Of a stretch of 15,769 bases of DNA, positions 1-7,905 are shown in pieces. Source of the DNA: a virus (Duplodnaviria > Heunggongvirae > Uroviricota > Caudoviricetes); IMG/VR virus record IMGVR_UViG_2675903658_000005; one strand, written 5' to 3'. The notes under the pieces are model-generated. The model had not been told where the DNA came from, did not search any database, and saw only the letters and a program-made list of their open reading frames with translations. Position 1 is the stretch's first letter. Each line of letters starts with the position of its first letter. The position numbers and the translations under genes were made by a program.

Positions 1-585
1 TCATGGATTTTTTTGACTGTAAGCAACAATGTAAGAACAACTCTGGCCGCTATCTGGGTTTCTCATTTGGTACTCGCTGGCAAAGGTAAGAGCAAGACAA
101 TCACCGGCTTGTAAATGATGAGTCTGATGATTGACTCGAAAATCAAGGCTGCCGTTTAACATCCACAGAGTTTGTCCGGAAAGATGCTCATTTGCAGAGG
201 CAGGGATAGTCAATTGCCCCATAGGGGGGATTTCAACTTTTATTAGTTCCGGACATGCACCCGCTGGGGACAAAGACCAGCGGGTAATGCCTGTTTCTTC
301 ATCAATCCAGTGTTGTTGCTGGTCAGCCAAAAGTACAAGTGAATTCTGTTGCATCTCAAGCTCTGCAAAAAGCTTTGATAGCGTAATATTCAGTGCATTA
401 GCTAACCGACTAAGTATTGTTGCACTGGGGCTTGAAGTGCCTCGTTCAACTTTGCTGATCATCGCCTGACTGACACCAGATCGTTGGGCAAGCTCTGTAA
501 CAGTCAAGTTTCGAGACTTTCTGAGCTTGAGTAACAAACGTGCAATATCGCTATCGACTATCTGATTTTTAGCTCTTTTATCCAT
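1..585 (-). CDS. XRE-family helix-turn-helix transcriptional regulator with C-terminal cupin-like domain
   Basis: ORF 1..603 (-). N-terminal HTH signature (LTVTELAQRSGVSQAMISKVERG, SPSATILSRLANALNI) typical of XRE/Cro-C1 family; C-terminal ~100 aa resembles the cupin sensor domain of PuuR/SutR-type regulators. Likely start is the ATG at 585 (MDKRAK...) preceded by GAGGGGAG; the ORF-track start at 603 is a GTG. Stop TGA at 3..1. Motif recognition only. Confidence 0.7.
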   Translation of the reverse strand: MDKRAKNQIVDSDIARLLLKLRKSRNLTVTELAQRSGVSQAMISKVERGTSSPSATILSRLANALNITLSKLFAELEMQQNSLVLLADQQQHWIDEETGITRWSLSPAGACPELIKVEIPPMGQLTIPASANEHLSGQTLWMLNGSLDFRVNHQTHHLQAGDCLALTFASEYQMRNPDSGQSCSYIVAYSQKNP

Positions 586-1082
586 TCTTCTCCCCTCTTT
601 CACCGACCTGATTATGCCATTACATAAATTGCGATTAAATAAATGATTTTACACGTCTCAAATGCATTTTTTCTATACGTTATAGCTTTAGAGTAAGAGC
701 TGGTAACTTCAACTTCCGTATTTGGCACATAACAGTCCTAGATACAGTGACGCACAGTTTCTTTACAAAAACATAGCTACATAGAGGTTGATCATCGTGT
801 CAAATGTACTGTAGAAATACCTACAATAATATTTTTTTGCTAATATGCGTATAAATGAATAACTATAGATAGATAAAAATATCAGCAAAAAGAAAATTTC
901 CAGCATATTAAACCAAAACAATAATACAACACTTGGCAAGTTGACCATAAAGAATGAATAAAACGAAACAATAATTCAAACTTAAACAAACTATAAACAG
1001 TTAAACAATATACAATTGACTCATGAAGTTAGATATAAAAAATACATATTCAATCATTAAAACGATTGAATGGAGACCTTTT

Positions 1083-2036
1083 ATGCGGGCGAAACTTCTG
1101 GGAATAGTCCTGACAACCCCTATTGCGATCAGCTCTTTTGCTTCTACCGAGACTTTATCGTTTACTCCTGACAACATAAATGCGGACATTAGTCTTGGAA
1201 CTCTGAGCGGAAAAACAAAAGAGCGTGTTTATCTAGCCGAAGAAGGAGGCCGAAAAGTCAGTCAACTCGACTGGAAATTCAATAATGCTGCAATTATTAA
1301 AGGTGCAATTAATTGGGATTTGATGCCCCAGATATCTATCGGGGCTGCTGGCTGGACAACTCTCGGCAGCCGAGGTGGCAATATGGTCGATCAGGACTGG
1401 ATGGATTCCAGTAACCCCGGAACCTGGACGGATGAAAGTAGACACCCTGATACACAACTCAATTATGCCAACGAATTTGATCTGAATATCAAAGGCTGGC
1501 TCCTCAACGAACCCAATTACCGCCTGGGACTCATGGCCGGATATCAGGAAAGCCGTTATAGCTTTACAGCCAGAGGTGGTTCCTATATCTACAGTTCTGA
1601 GGAGGGATTCAGAGATGATATCGGCTCCTTCCCGAATGGAGAAAGAGCAATCGGCTACAAACAACGTTTTAAAATGCCCTACATTGGCTTGACTGGAAGT
1701 TATCGTTATGAAGATTTTGAGCTAGGTGGCACATTTAAATACAGCGGCTGGGTGGAAGCATCTGATAACGATGAGCACTATGACCCAGGAAAAAGAATCA
1801 CTTATCGCAGTAAAGTCAAAGACCAAAATTACTATTCTGTTGCAGTCAATGCAGGTTATTACGTAACACCTAACGCAAGAGTTTATGTTGAAGGCGCATG
1901 GAATCGGGTTACGAATAAAAAAGGTAATACTTCACTTTATGATCACAATGATAACACTTCAGACTACAGCAAAAATGGTGCAGGCATAGAAAACTATAAC
2001 TTCATCACTACTGCTGGTCTTAAGTACACCTTTTAA
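1083..2036 (+). CDS. ompT: Outer membrane protease OmpT (omptin family)
   Basis: ORF 1023..2036; true start at internal Met 1083 (MRAKLLGIVLTTPIAISSFA signal peptide, GGAG 8 nt upstream). Near-identical over its length to E. coli OmpT as I recall it (STETLSFTPDNINADISLG ... NYNFITTAGLKYTF). Stop TAA 2034..2036. Confidence 0.93.
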   Translation: MRAKLLGIVLTTPIAISSFASTETLSFTPDNINADISLGTLSGKTKERVYLAEEGGRKVSQLDWKFNNAAIIKGAINWDLMPQISIGAAGWTTLGSRGGNMVDQDWMDSSNPGTWTDESRHPDTQLNYANEFDLNIKGWLLNEPNYRLGLMAGYQESRYSFTARGGSYIYSSEEGFRDDIGSFPNGERAIGYKQRFKMPYIGLTGSYRYEDFELGGTFKYSGWVEASDNDEHYDPGKRITYRSKVKDQNYYSVAVNAGYYVTPNARVYVEGAWNRVTNKKGNTSLYDHNDNTSDYSKNGAGIENYNFITTAGLKYTF

Positions 2037-2055
2037 CGAAGTTAACCAGATTTTC

Positions 2056-2092
2056 TCCCCGGTGGTATTGTATAACCCCGGGGAATTTGTTT
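2056..2092 (+). terminator. Putative intrinsic terminator downstream of ompT
   Basis: Inverted repeat tccccgg (2056..2062) / ccgggga (2078..2084) followed by atttgttt; sits 20 nt after the ompT stop. Loop is long (~15 nt), so strength is uncertain. Confidence 0.5.
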
Positions 2093-2222
2093 ACAGTTAC
2101 AAGTAGACAATATCCACTAATTTTGTAAGCATTTAACCTATGTCATAACGTGTAATCTCTTACCGCAACACAAGACCTCAATATATTCAAATTTTATCTT
2201 TATTCCGATATTCAGAGACACA

Positions 2223-3707
2223 ATGCGAAAAATAATTACTCATTTCAAAGTTGTTTTAACGTTACTTCTACCAGTAACCGTATCTGCCCAGCAGATACAG
2301 TGGCAATCCTGTATGGCCAGTCAATTCAACCACTGGTTTGGTGAGGAAAAACCGTCTCCTGACTTACTATGTGGTTATTTGTCTGTTCCATTAAAATATA
2401 CAGACACAGGCGGAGATGCTTCTTATGAAAAAAAATCACAAGTCAAACTAGCGTTGACAAAATTGCCGGCAAAAAGCAAGCATAAAGGAAGTATCCTGAT
2501 AATAAGTGGTGGTCCCGGGTTACCAGGCATAAATCCTTATATTAACTTTGACTGGCCAGTCACAAATCTTCGTGAGTCATGGGATATTATTGGATTTGAT
2601 CCTCGAGGCGTCGGACAGTCCACTCCGACAATAAACTGCCGGCAATCAGATACAGAGACTCAGGAAAACATAACCGAAAAGCAACAAGTATTAAATAAAA
2701 TTAATGCCTGTATCCATAATACCGGAGCCGAAGTCATTCGCCATATCGGCTCTAACGAGGCTGTATACGATATTGATCGTATTAGGCAAGCCTTGGGGGA
2801 TAAACAACTGACAGCCGTGGCGTATTCGTATGGAACTCAAATTGCAGCCTTATATGCAGAACGTTTTCCCTACAACGTAAGATCTATCGTTCTTGATGGA
2901 GTCGTCGATATCGATGACCTGGAGGACAACTTCACATGGCAACTCAAACAGGCACAGAGTTATCAGGAAACGTTTGATCGCTTTGCATCCTGGTGTGCGC
3001 GTACAAAAAGTTGCCCGCTTTCTTCAGACAGAGATAAGGCAATAACTCAGTTCCATGAGCTATTATCAAAATTACATCACAAACCTTTATTAGACAGTAA
3101 GGGAGAAAATATATCTTCAGATGAACTCATATCATTAACAACAGACCTTCTGCTATGGCGTTCATCATGGCCAACCCTTGCAACTGCCATACGCCAGTTC
3201 TCTCAGGGGATTGTCAGTAATGAAATTGAAACTGCGCTCAGTGCTCCGATAGCCTCAGAAGAGTCAAGCGATGCTTCGGGGGTAATCCTTTGTGTAGATC
3301 AGGGGGATGAGCAATTAACACCAGAAGAGCGAAAATCCCGAAAAGACGCTCTTGCGAATGCCTTCCCGGCTATTAACTTTGACAATGGACGTTCCGATTC
3401 ACCTGATTTTTGTGAATTATGGCCAATACATAGCGACCTGAACAAAACTCGCCTGAAAAATACTGTTCTGCCCTCTGGTTTACTGTTTGTAGCACACAAA
3501 TACGACCCAACAACGCCCTGGATTAATGCCCGTAAGATGGCAGAGAAATTTTCCAGCCCGTTACTAACAATAAATGGTGATGGGCATACATTAGCTCTCA
3601 CCGGAGTTAATTTATGTGTAGATAAAGCAGTTGTACATCACCTGATCACTCCACAAAAAATAGAAAATATATACTGCCCAGGAAATTCTGAAGCAGAAAT
3701 ACAATAA
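2223..3707 (+). CDS. Secreted alpha/beta-hydrolase, tripeptidyl-aminopeptidase (TAP)-like peptidase S33 family (putative)
   Basis: 494-aa ORF with N-terminal signal peptide (MRKIITHFKVVLTLLLPVTVSA-QQ). GGPG motif (ILIISGGPGLPG) and nucleophile-elbow-like motif AYSYGTQ as in TAP/prolyl-aminopeptidase-type hydrolases; several Cys suggest a periplasmic/secreted disulfide protein. Family assignment is from motifs only. Confidence 0.62.
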   Translation: MRKIITHFKVVLTLLLPVTVSAQQIQWQSCMASQFNHWFGEEKPSPDLLCGYLSVPLKYTDTGGDASYEKKSQVKLALTKLPAKSKHKGSILIISGGPGLPGINPYINFDWPVTNLRESWDIIGFDPRGVGQSTPTINCRQSDTETQENITEKQQVLNKINACIHNTGAEVIRHIGSNEAVYDIDRIRQALGDKQLTAVAYSYGTQIAALYAERFPYNVRSIVLDGVVDIDDLEDNFTWQLKQAQSYQETFDRFASWCARTKSCPLSSDRDKAITQFHELLSKLHHKPLLDSKGENISSDELISLTTDLLLWRSSWPTLATAIRQFSQGIVSNEIETALSAPIASEESSDASGVILCVDQGDEQLTPEERKSRKDALANAFPAINFDNGRSDSPDFCELWPIHSDLNKTRLKNTVLPSGLLFVAHKYDPTTPWINARKMAEKFSSPLLTINGDGHTLALTGVNLCVDKAVVHHLITPQKIENIYCPGNSEAEIQ

Positions 3708-3728
3708 CTTCAAAATATTCCGCTATTT

Positions 3729-3779
3729 GCTCCCAATGCAAAACATATATTGCATTGGGAGCATATTCATATTTTTGTT
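3729..3779 (+). terminator. Hairpin plus T-tract downstream of hydrolase gene (possible terminator)
   Basis: Perfect 13-bp inverted repeat gctcccaatgcaa / ttgcattgggagc (3729..3762) with 8-nt loop, followed 8 nt later by atttttgtt (3771..3779). Confidence 0.4.
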
Positions 3780-3890
3780 ATTCTTGTATGAAATCGTCTC
3801 ATGTACACGGTCCTTTTTTCGCCGAAAACTGATATTACTTTAATCAAAAGTTGACATGCCAGATTCGAAGCAAATTTATAAAATATCAAA

Positions 3891-4196
3891 TCAATATACA
3901 TTTTGCACCTTCGATATAGTAATGGCCGTTACTGTAATATGAGTTACAAACAGCTTCATACCCAGAGCTACTGATGTATCAACACGATTCAACAATACCC
4001 GATATTTATTCCATGCCTCCAGCAACGATCTTTCTTCCTCCGTTGCGATTTCCAGATCTACAGCATCCTGCAGTGGCGCAATATACTCACTGAATTCCTG
4101 GATGTAGAACTGTGTGGTGACGGTCTTCCAGCCATTCGGCTCCTGCTGTATCGAAGCATACCAGGCTATTTCAATATCGCTATGCTGCGGCAGCAT
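3891..4196 (-). pseudogene. Tail fiber assembly protein (Tfa) family remnant, tfaX-like, with altered C-terminus
   Basis: 101-aa ORF containing the conserved Tfa C-terminal core ([38 protein letters not shown]), but the N-terminal ~40 aa and the last ~25 aa do not match canonical Tfa (normally ~190 aa ending ...TAPDIEWP). Looks like a recombination relic, as in DLP12 tfaX. Confidence 0.6.
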
Positions 4197-4223
4197 TTAA
4201 CCCCTTGTAATTCATCGCCATAA

Positions 4224-4252
4224 TTGATTTAATTCACAAATAAAACTATAAT
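4224..4252 (+). promoter_or_regulatory. Predicted sigma70 promoter upstream of ybcY-like gene
   Basis: TTGATT (4224..4229), 17-bp spacer, perfect TATAAT (4247..4252); GGTGA Shine-Dalgarno and ATG at 4265 follow. Confidence 0.5.
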
Positions 4253-4264
4253 ACGGTGAAACTA

Positions 4265-4920
4265 ATGAAAAAAACACAGATGATGGGGCTAAAATTTACA
4301 CACCACTTACCCTAAAGCTTTATGACTGGTGGGTTTTGGGAGTATCAAATCGGCTTGCATGGGGATGTCCTACAAAGGAACACCTTCTTCCACACTTTCT
4401 GGAACATTTAGGTAACAACCATCTGGATATTGGCGTTGGAACTGGGTTTTACCTTACTCACGTACCTGAGAGCAGTCTGATATCTTTAATGGATTTGAAC
4501 GAAGCTAGCCTGAACGCGGCATCGACAAGGGCTGGGGAATCAAAAATTAAACATAAAATTAGCCATGATGTTTTTGAACCTTATCCCGCGGCGTTACATG
4601 GTCAATTTGATTCCATTTCCATGTTTTACCTTCTTCACTGCCTGCCTGGAAATATATCTACAAAAAGCTGTGTAATACGCAATGCGGCGCAGGCCTTAAC
4701 TGACGATGGAACTCTATACGGAGCCACAATTCTTGGCGATGGAGTTGTGCACAATAGCTTCGGTCAAAAACTGATGCGCATTTACAATCAGAAAGGCATC
4801 TTTTCAAACACAAAAGATTCCGAAGAAGGCTTAACACATATACTCTCAGAGCATTTCGAGAATGTTAAAACCAAGGTTCAAGGTACTGTAGTAATGTTTT
4901 CCGCTTCAGGGAAAAAATAG
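4265..4920 (+). pseudogene. ybcY: YbcY-like SAM-dependent methyltransferase, frameshifted in an A7 tract near the 5' end
   Basis: ATG 4265 with promoter and SD opens a frame that stops after 16 codons. The long frame (ORF track 4336..4920, motif I LDIGVGTGFYL) is open back to 4228 but is one base out of phase. Adding one A to the A7 run 4268..4274 restores a continuous ~219-aa protein (MKKNTDDGAKIYTPLTLKLYDWWVLGVSNRLAWGC...). ybcY is also a pseudogene in E. coli K-12 DLP12, from memory. Confidence 0.65.
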
Positions 4921-4927
4921 CATCCAA

Positions 4928-4960
4928 CCGCAGCACGTTCTTGCTTAAGACGTGCTGCGG
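4928..4960. terminator. Strong hairpin between convergent ybcY and tfa relic (possible bidirectional terminator)
   Basis: ccgcagcacg (4928..4937) pairs with cgtgctgcgg (4951..4960); inner tctt/aaga extends the stem to ~14 bp with a 4-nt loop. A T-run follows on the minus strand only after ~11 nt and no clear U-tract on plus, so terminator function is uncertain. Confidence 0.4.
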
Positions 4961-4974
4961 CATAATCCCAATGA

Positions 4975-5104
4975 TTACTCCCTGACAGGGTTCGTAGGCC
5001 ACTCAATATCAGGTGCAGTTGATGTATCAACACGGTTCAGCAACACCCTGCATGCCTTCCATGCCGCCAGCAATGATGTTTCCTCCTTCGTTGCATATAC
5101 TGCT
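4975..5104 (-). pseudogene. Tail fiber assembly (Tfa) 3'-terminal relic, tfaD-like
   Basis: Minus-strand translation gives ...[36 protein letters not shown], the canonical Tfa C-terminus, with an in-frame stop immediately upstream. Only ~40 codons remain and there is no start codon. Confidence 0.6.
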
Positions 5105-5112
5105 CACCTTTT

Positions 5113-5406
5113 TCACCCACGATTAACCAACAGCCAGACCAGCAGACACGCCACCACCGGCACAGCAAAATCCATCAGGCTTGCCACATCCCATGCACGT
5201 GGATCAAAACCGCCCCACCACGGCATGTTAATCCGCTTGCCATGCCCGAACATTTCAATCCAGCGATATTCTGCCTGGGTGTGTTCACGCGCAATGAAGA
5301 ACGTACAACCGGCTATCGCCCCGTAAGCCCAGTTTCCGGTAAAAAGACCAGCCAGTACCTGCACCGCCACGGCACAAAGCGCATGAAGTATCGACGTGAT
5401 ATCCAT
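5113..5406 (-). CDS. Small predicted two-helix membrane protein, unknown function
   Basis: 97-aa ORF; two hydrophobic segments (ILHALCAVAVQVLAGLFTGNWAYGAIAGCTFF and FAVPVVACLLVWLLVNRG) flank a Trp/Gly-rich loop (INMPWWGGFDPRAW). GGGGAG SD 3-4 nt before the ATG; start is 9 bp downstream of orf92 stop. No family recognised. Confidence 0.55.
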   Translation of the reverse strand: MDITSILHALCAVAVQVLAGLFTGNWAYGAIAGCTFFIAREHTQAEYRWIEMFGHGKRINMPWWGGFDPRAWDVASLMDFAVPVVACLLVWLLVNRG

Positions 5407-5415
5407 CTGCTCCCC

Positions 5416-5694
5416 TTAAAACCACTCCCTTAGCGGGCGCTCTGGTGTAACCACCCACTCACGGAACACGGATTCATCAAAGCCATCGTCAAGAAGACGA
5501 ATATTAACAAAGTACCCTTCGTCTCGCGTGTATTCAGGCTCCCCGTCAGCAGAAACACCTGACTCACTGAACGTAAAACCAATCTCATCAACCAGAACGG
5601 CATTCTGCAGCTCTTCGTCCTCTTCCCAGTTAAGTTTCCTGAGAAATGCCCTGAAATCTGCTTTATCACTGAAACGCAACGTGAAATCTCTCAC
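5416..5694 (-). CDS. Small acidic protein, unknown function (translationally coupled to stf)
   Basis: 92-aa ORF; 23 Asp/Glu vs 11 Arg/Lys. GTG start overlaps the stf stop as GTGA (5694..5691). Not a canonical Tfa. No family recognised. Confidence 0.5.
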   Translation of the reverse strand: MRDFTLRFSDKADFRAFLRKLNWEEDEELQNAVLVDEIGFTFSESGVSADGEPEYTRDEGYFVNIRLLDDGFDESVFREWVVTPERPLREWF

Positions 5695-7754
5695 TCCACA
5701 ACCTCCCCAAGCTGCGCATCTGTTAGCTCTTTATGCCAGAGACGAAAATTCCTCACATGCCCAAATAAATGGCGTAATCCTGCTGTAGTTTGTCCACCAA
5801 TGCGAATGGTTGCTGTACTCCGGATATATTCCCATTTGGTTTTAGTTTCGCTGCTTAACTTACCGTTACTGACTACACATGTGGACCGTTCGGACTTTAC
5901 CCGCATACCAATAAGCATTTTTTCCAGCCCGGCATTTTCATTTATTCGTCGGTCTGAACCACCTATATCACAATACGGAAAACCGTCGTACCCACCTGAT
6001 GAACCAAACCCCATTACGATCCCCGCATCTGCCTGATGCCGGTATGTGTCAAAAACACGCGGTGCTGCATTTGGCGTTTTATACCAGTTCTTATGTACCT
6101 CACAAAGAACCGTAAAAGGAAGATTATAAAGATTATTCTTAATCGGAACTGTAACCATATCGCTTGCCCGCGTTACCGGTGCCGTCCCCGTAACAATAAA
6201 AGATGATGCGCCTGTACCAGCCTCAATCTGTGGAGTGGTTACATCGAGATAATCCCCTGATGCAACCATCTGCCCTGTATCCGGAGAATACTGGACAAAA
6301 CCACCAACCGTATTTTCTGTTGTATCTGCTTTTAATGTAGCCTCAAAAAATATCCAGCCAGTTGCATCATCCTTAACAGACCTTGCTGTAACACGGCTTG
6401 TCTGACCTGTCTTGCTAATTATGCGGGTGGTAAGGTTCAGGTTTGCTGCTCCTATTGATGTCCTTACCTCCCCATCATAATGTTCAAATAAAATACGAAC
6501 GGCGATATTATCAACTTCACTTTTTACCCGACAGGATATAGTTACATGCTTTTCGTCCCCTGAAGTATCAACCCCTCCGGTACTCGAATACAGTCCGATA
6601 ATGGTATGCGCTTTACTTGTACCAACAATCGAATCCTGTACGACAAACCGGCCATAATTAAACCCGAAACTATCTGTGCCTGTTTCTGTAACGTCCAGTG
6701 AAGTTGACTTATTCCACTTCGAAGGGTCTGTACTGTTCGGGAAGAAGTTCGTTCTTTGCCCCTCAATAAGCAGGCCATCACACTCAAATCGTGGCTCATT
6801 AATTTCCGCCGTTTTCAGTTCGCCAGATTTGTTGATATATGTTGCCGTTGATGCGCGACTGAAATTAACCTGTTTATCACTGGCAACCTGAACCACATTA
6901 TCACCAATCTTCACTTTTTTATAACCCGGAGAATAGCCCGTAATCATATCCAGCGAATCATTAAAGGGTATCCACACATCCGGCAGCGGCTGTAAAACAT
7001 ATCTGTACGGCTCTGCTGTCTGGTTTGCGTATTCTCTGGCAGCATCTTCACTTGCTTTTGCTGCCGTCTGGCTTGCTGCCGATGCTTTCGCCGAGTTCGC
7101 CGCCGCTGTTTCGCTCACCTTTGCGTTGGCTTCACTGTCTTTGGCATTCGTCTCACTGGTTTTCGCTGCCGTCTGGCTGGATTTTGCGTTTTTTTCGCTG
7201 GCCTTTGTGGCTGTCTCGCTATTTTTCGCGCTGGTTTCTGATTTTTTGGCTGCTGTCGCGGAGTTTGCCGATGCAGTCTGCGAGGCCGCTGCCGCCTGTG
7301 CGCTGTTAGCTGCATTCGTTTCTGAGGTTTTCGCCGCGTTCTTCGATGATGCCGCTGCAGTTTCGGATTTCTTTGCTGCCGCTGCGCTCTGTGATGATGC
7401 TCCGGCATGACGTGCCACTTCATTCACCATCAGCTCAAAACGGCGCAGTGCCTCCGGCATGACATCATCTTCCGTCATGGCGCCGAGAAAATCATTCAGC
7501 GTACCTGGTCTGGAACCTTCATAGACGGTAATGGTCCCGGCATGTGAAGGCGGAAAATCTTCAACCAGCAGGGTGACGCTGTACTGGCCATACTCAACAT
7601 CCATGCTGTAACGCCCGGCTTCATCCGGATTTTCAGAGGCCACCGTGTTCACCACCACCGTGCTGCTGGTCCGTCTGGCCTTCAGCACAATGGTGCAGTT
7701 CTGTACTGGTTTTCCTGTGCCATCTTTAAGCACGCCAGAAATTTTTACTGTCAT
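5691..7754 (-). CDS. stf: Side tail fiber protein (Stf) with conserved lambda-type N-terminus and divergent C-terminal receptor-binding region
   Basis: 687-aa ORF. N-terminal ~110 aa match the lambda Stf N-terminus as recalled (MxVKISGVLKDGTGKPVQNCTI...YSMDVEYGQYSV...FPPSHAGTITVYE...[14 protein letters not shown]). Central Ala/Ser/Thr-rich heptad-like repeats. C-terminus ends GLRHLFGHVRNFRLWHKELTDAQLGEVVE, resembling the C-terminal signature of concanavalin A-like lectin/LamG-type domains (inference). SD GGTGGA before ATG 7754. Confidence 0.85.
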   Translation of the reverse strand: MTVKISGVLKDGTGKPVQNCTIVLKARRTSSTVVVNTVASENPDEAGRYSMDVEYGQYSVTLLVEDFPPSHAGTITVYEGSRPGTLNDFLGAMTEDDVMPEALRRFELMVNEVARHAGASSQSAAAAKKSETAAASSKNAAKTSETNAANSAQAAAASQTASANSATAAKKSETSAKNSETATKASEKNAKSSQTAAKTSETNAKDSEANAKVSETAAANSAKASAASQTAAKASEDAAREYANQTAEPYRYVLQPLPDVWIPFNDSLDMITGYSPGYKKVKIGDNVVQVASDKQVNFSRASTATYINKSGELKTAEINEPRFECDGLLIEGQRTNFFPNSTDPSKWNKSTSLDVTETGTDSFGFNYGRFVVQDSIVGTSKAHTIIGLYSSTGGVDTSGDEKHVTISCRVKSEVDNIAVRILFEHYDGEVRTSIGAANLNLTTRIISKTGQTSRVTARSVKDDATGWIFFEATLKADTTENTVGGFVQYSPDTGQMVASGDYLDVTTPQIEAGTGASSFIVTGTAPVTRASDMVTVPIKNNLYNLPFTVLCEVHKNWYKTPNAAPRVFDTYRHQADAGIVMGFGSSGGYDGFPYCDIGGSDRRINENAGLEKMLIGMRVKSERSTCVVSNGKLSSETKTKWEYIRSTATIRIGGQTTAGLRHLFGHVRNFRLWHKELTDAQLGEVVE
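7019..7412 (-). repeat. In-frame heptad-like Ala/Ser/Thr-rich tandem repeats inside stf
   Basis: Protein region ...AAKTSETNAANSA...KKSETSAKNSETATKASEKNAKSSQTAAKTSETNAKDSEANAKVSETAAANSAKASAAS...; the DNA shows ~21-bp imperfect periodicity. This low-complexity stretch generates spurious overlapping ORFs in other frames (7025..7309, 7115..7423, 7126..7410). Confidence 0.7.
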
Positions 7755-7765
7755 ACTTTTCCACC

Positions 7766-7801
7766 AATAAAAAAAGCCCGCAGCAGTGACGCCACGGGCT
7801 T
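7766..7801 (-). terminator. Intrinsic terminator downstream of lom (copy 1), 11 nt upstream of stf start
   Basis: On the minus strand: stem aagcccg / cgggctt (plus coords 7774..7780 and 7795..7801) with ~14-nt loop capable of extra pairing, followed by TTTTTTTATT (plus 7766..7775). Confidence 0.5.
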
Positions 7802-7905
7802 CAGGACAGTGTAACTTTACGTTTCCTCAAACGCAGTTCACCCCATAAGGCGGATGAACCTGCGTATCATAACAATATTTACAGAAGATAAATCGGCGTC
7901 TGTTG

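Noticed and set aside
604-1189. Small ORFs 763..948 (-) and 1001..1189 (-) in the AT-rich ompT upstream region
   Set aside because: Very AT-rich spacer; translations are Ile/Phe/Tyr/Asn-rich without RBS, and 1001..1189 overlaps the ompT start. Treated as ompT regulatory/leader DNA.
3851-3882. Perfect TTGACA (3851..3856) with a TATAAA-like element downstream, on the plus strand pointing into the tfa relic
   Set aside because: Spacing between the -35 and the best -10 candidate is about 20 bp, outside the functional 15-19 bp range, and no downstream plus-strand gene exists. Likely chance occurrence in AT-rich DNA.
4952-5433. Plus-strand ORFs 4952..5326 (124 aa) and 5242..5433 (63 aa)
   Set aside because: Antisense to the tfa relic and to orf97; no RBS and Ser/Thr/His-rich artefactual composition.
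5416-5694. orf92 as an Ocr-like DNA-mimic anti-restriction protein because of its strong acidity
   Set aside because: It is translationally coupled to the 3' end of stf in the late/tail region, whereas DNA mimics are early genes. Acidity alone is insufficient; kept as unknown function.
7025-7423. Three overlapping ORFs (7025..7309 +, 7115..7423 -, 7126..7410 +) with highly biased composition (Arg/Gln/Pro-rich or Ala/Phe-rich)
   Set aside because: They lie entirely inside the Ala/Ser/Thr-rich repeat region of stf; the periodic, GC-rich DNA keeps alternative frames open. Translations are low-complexity artefacts.
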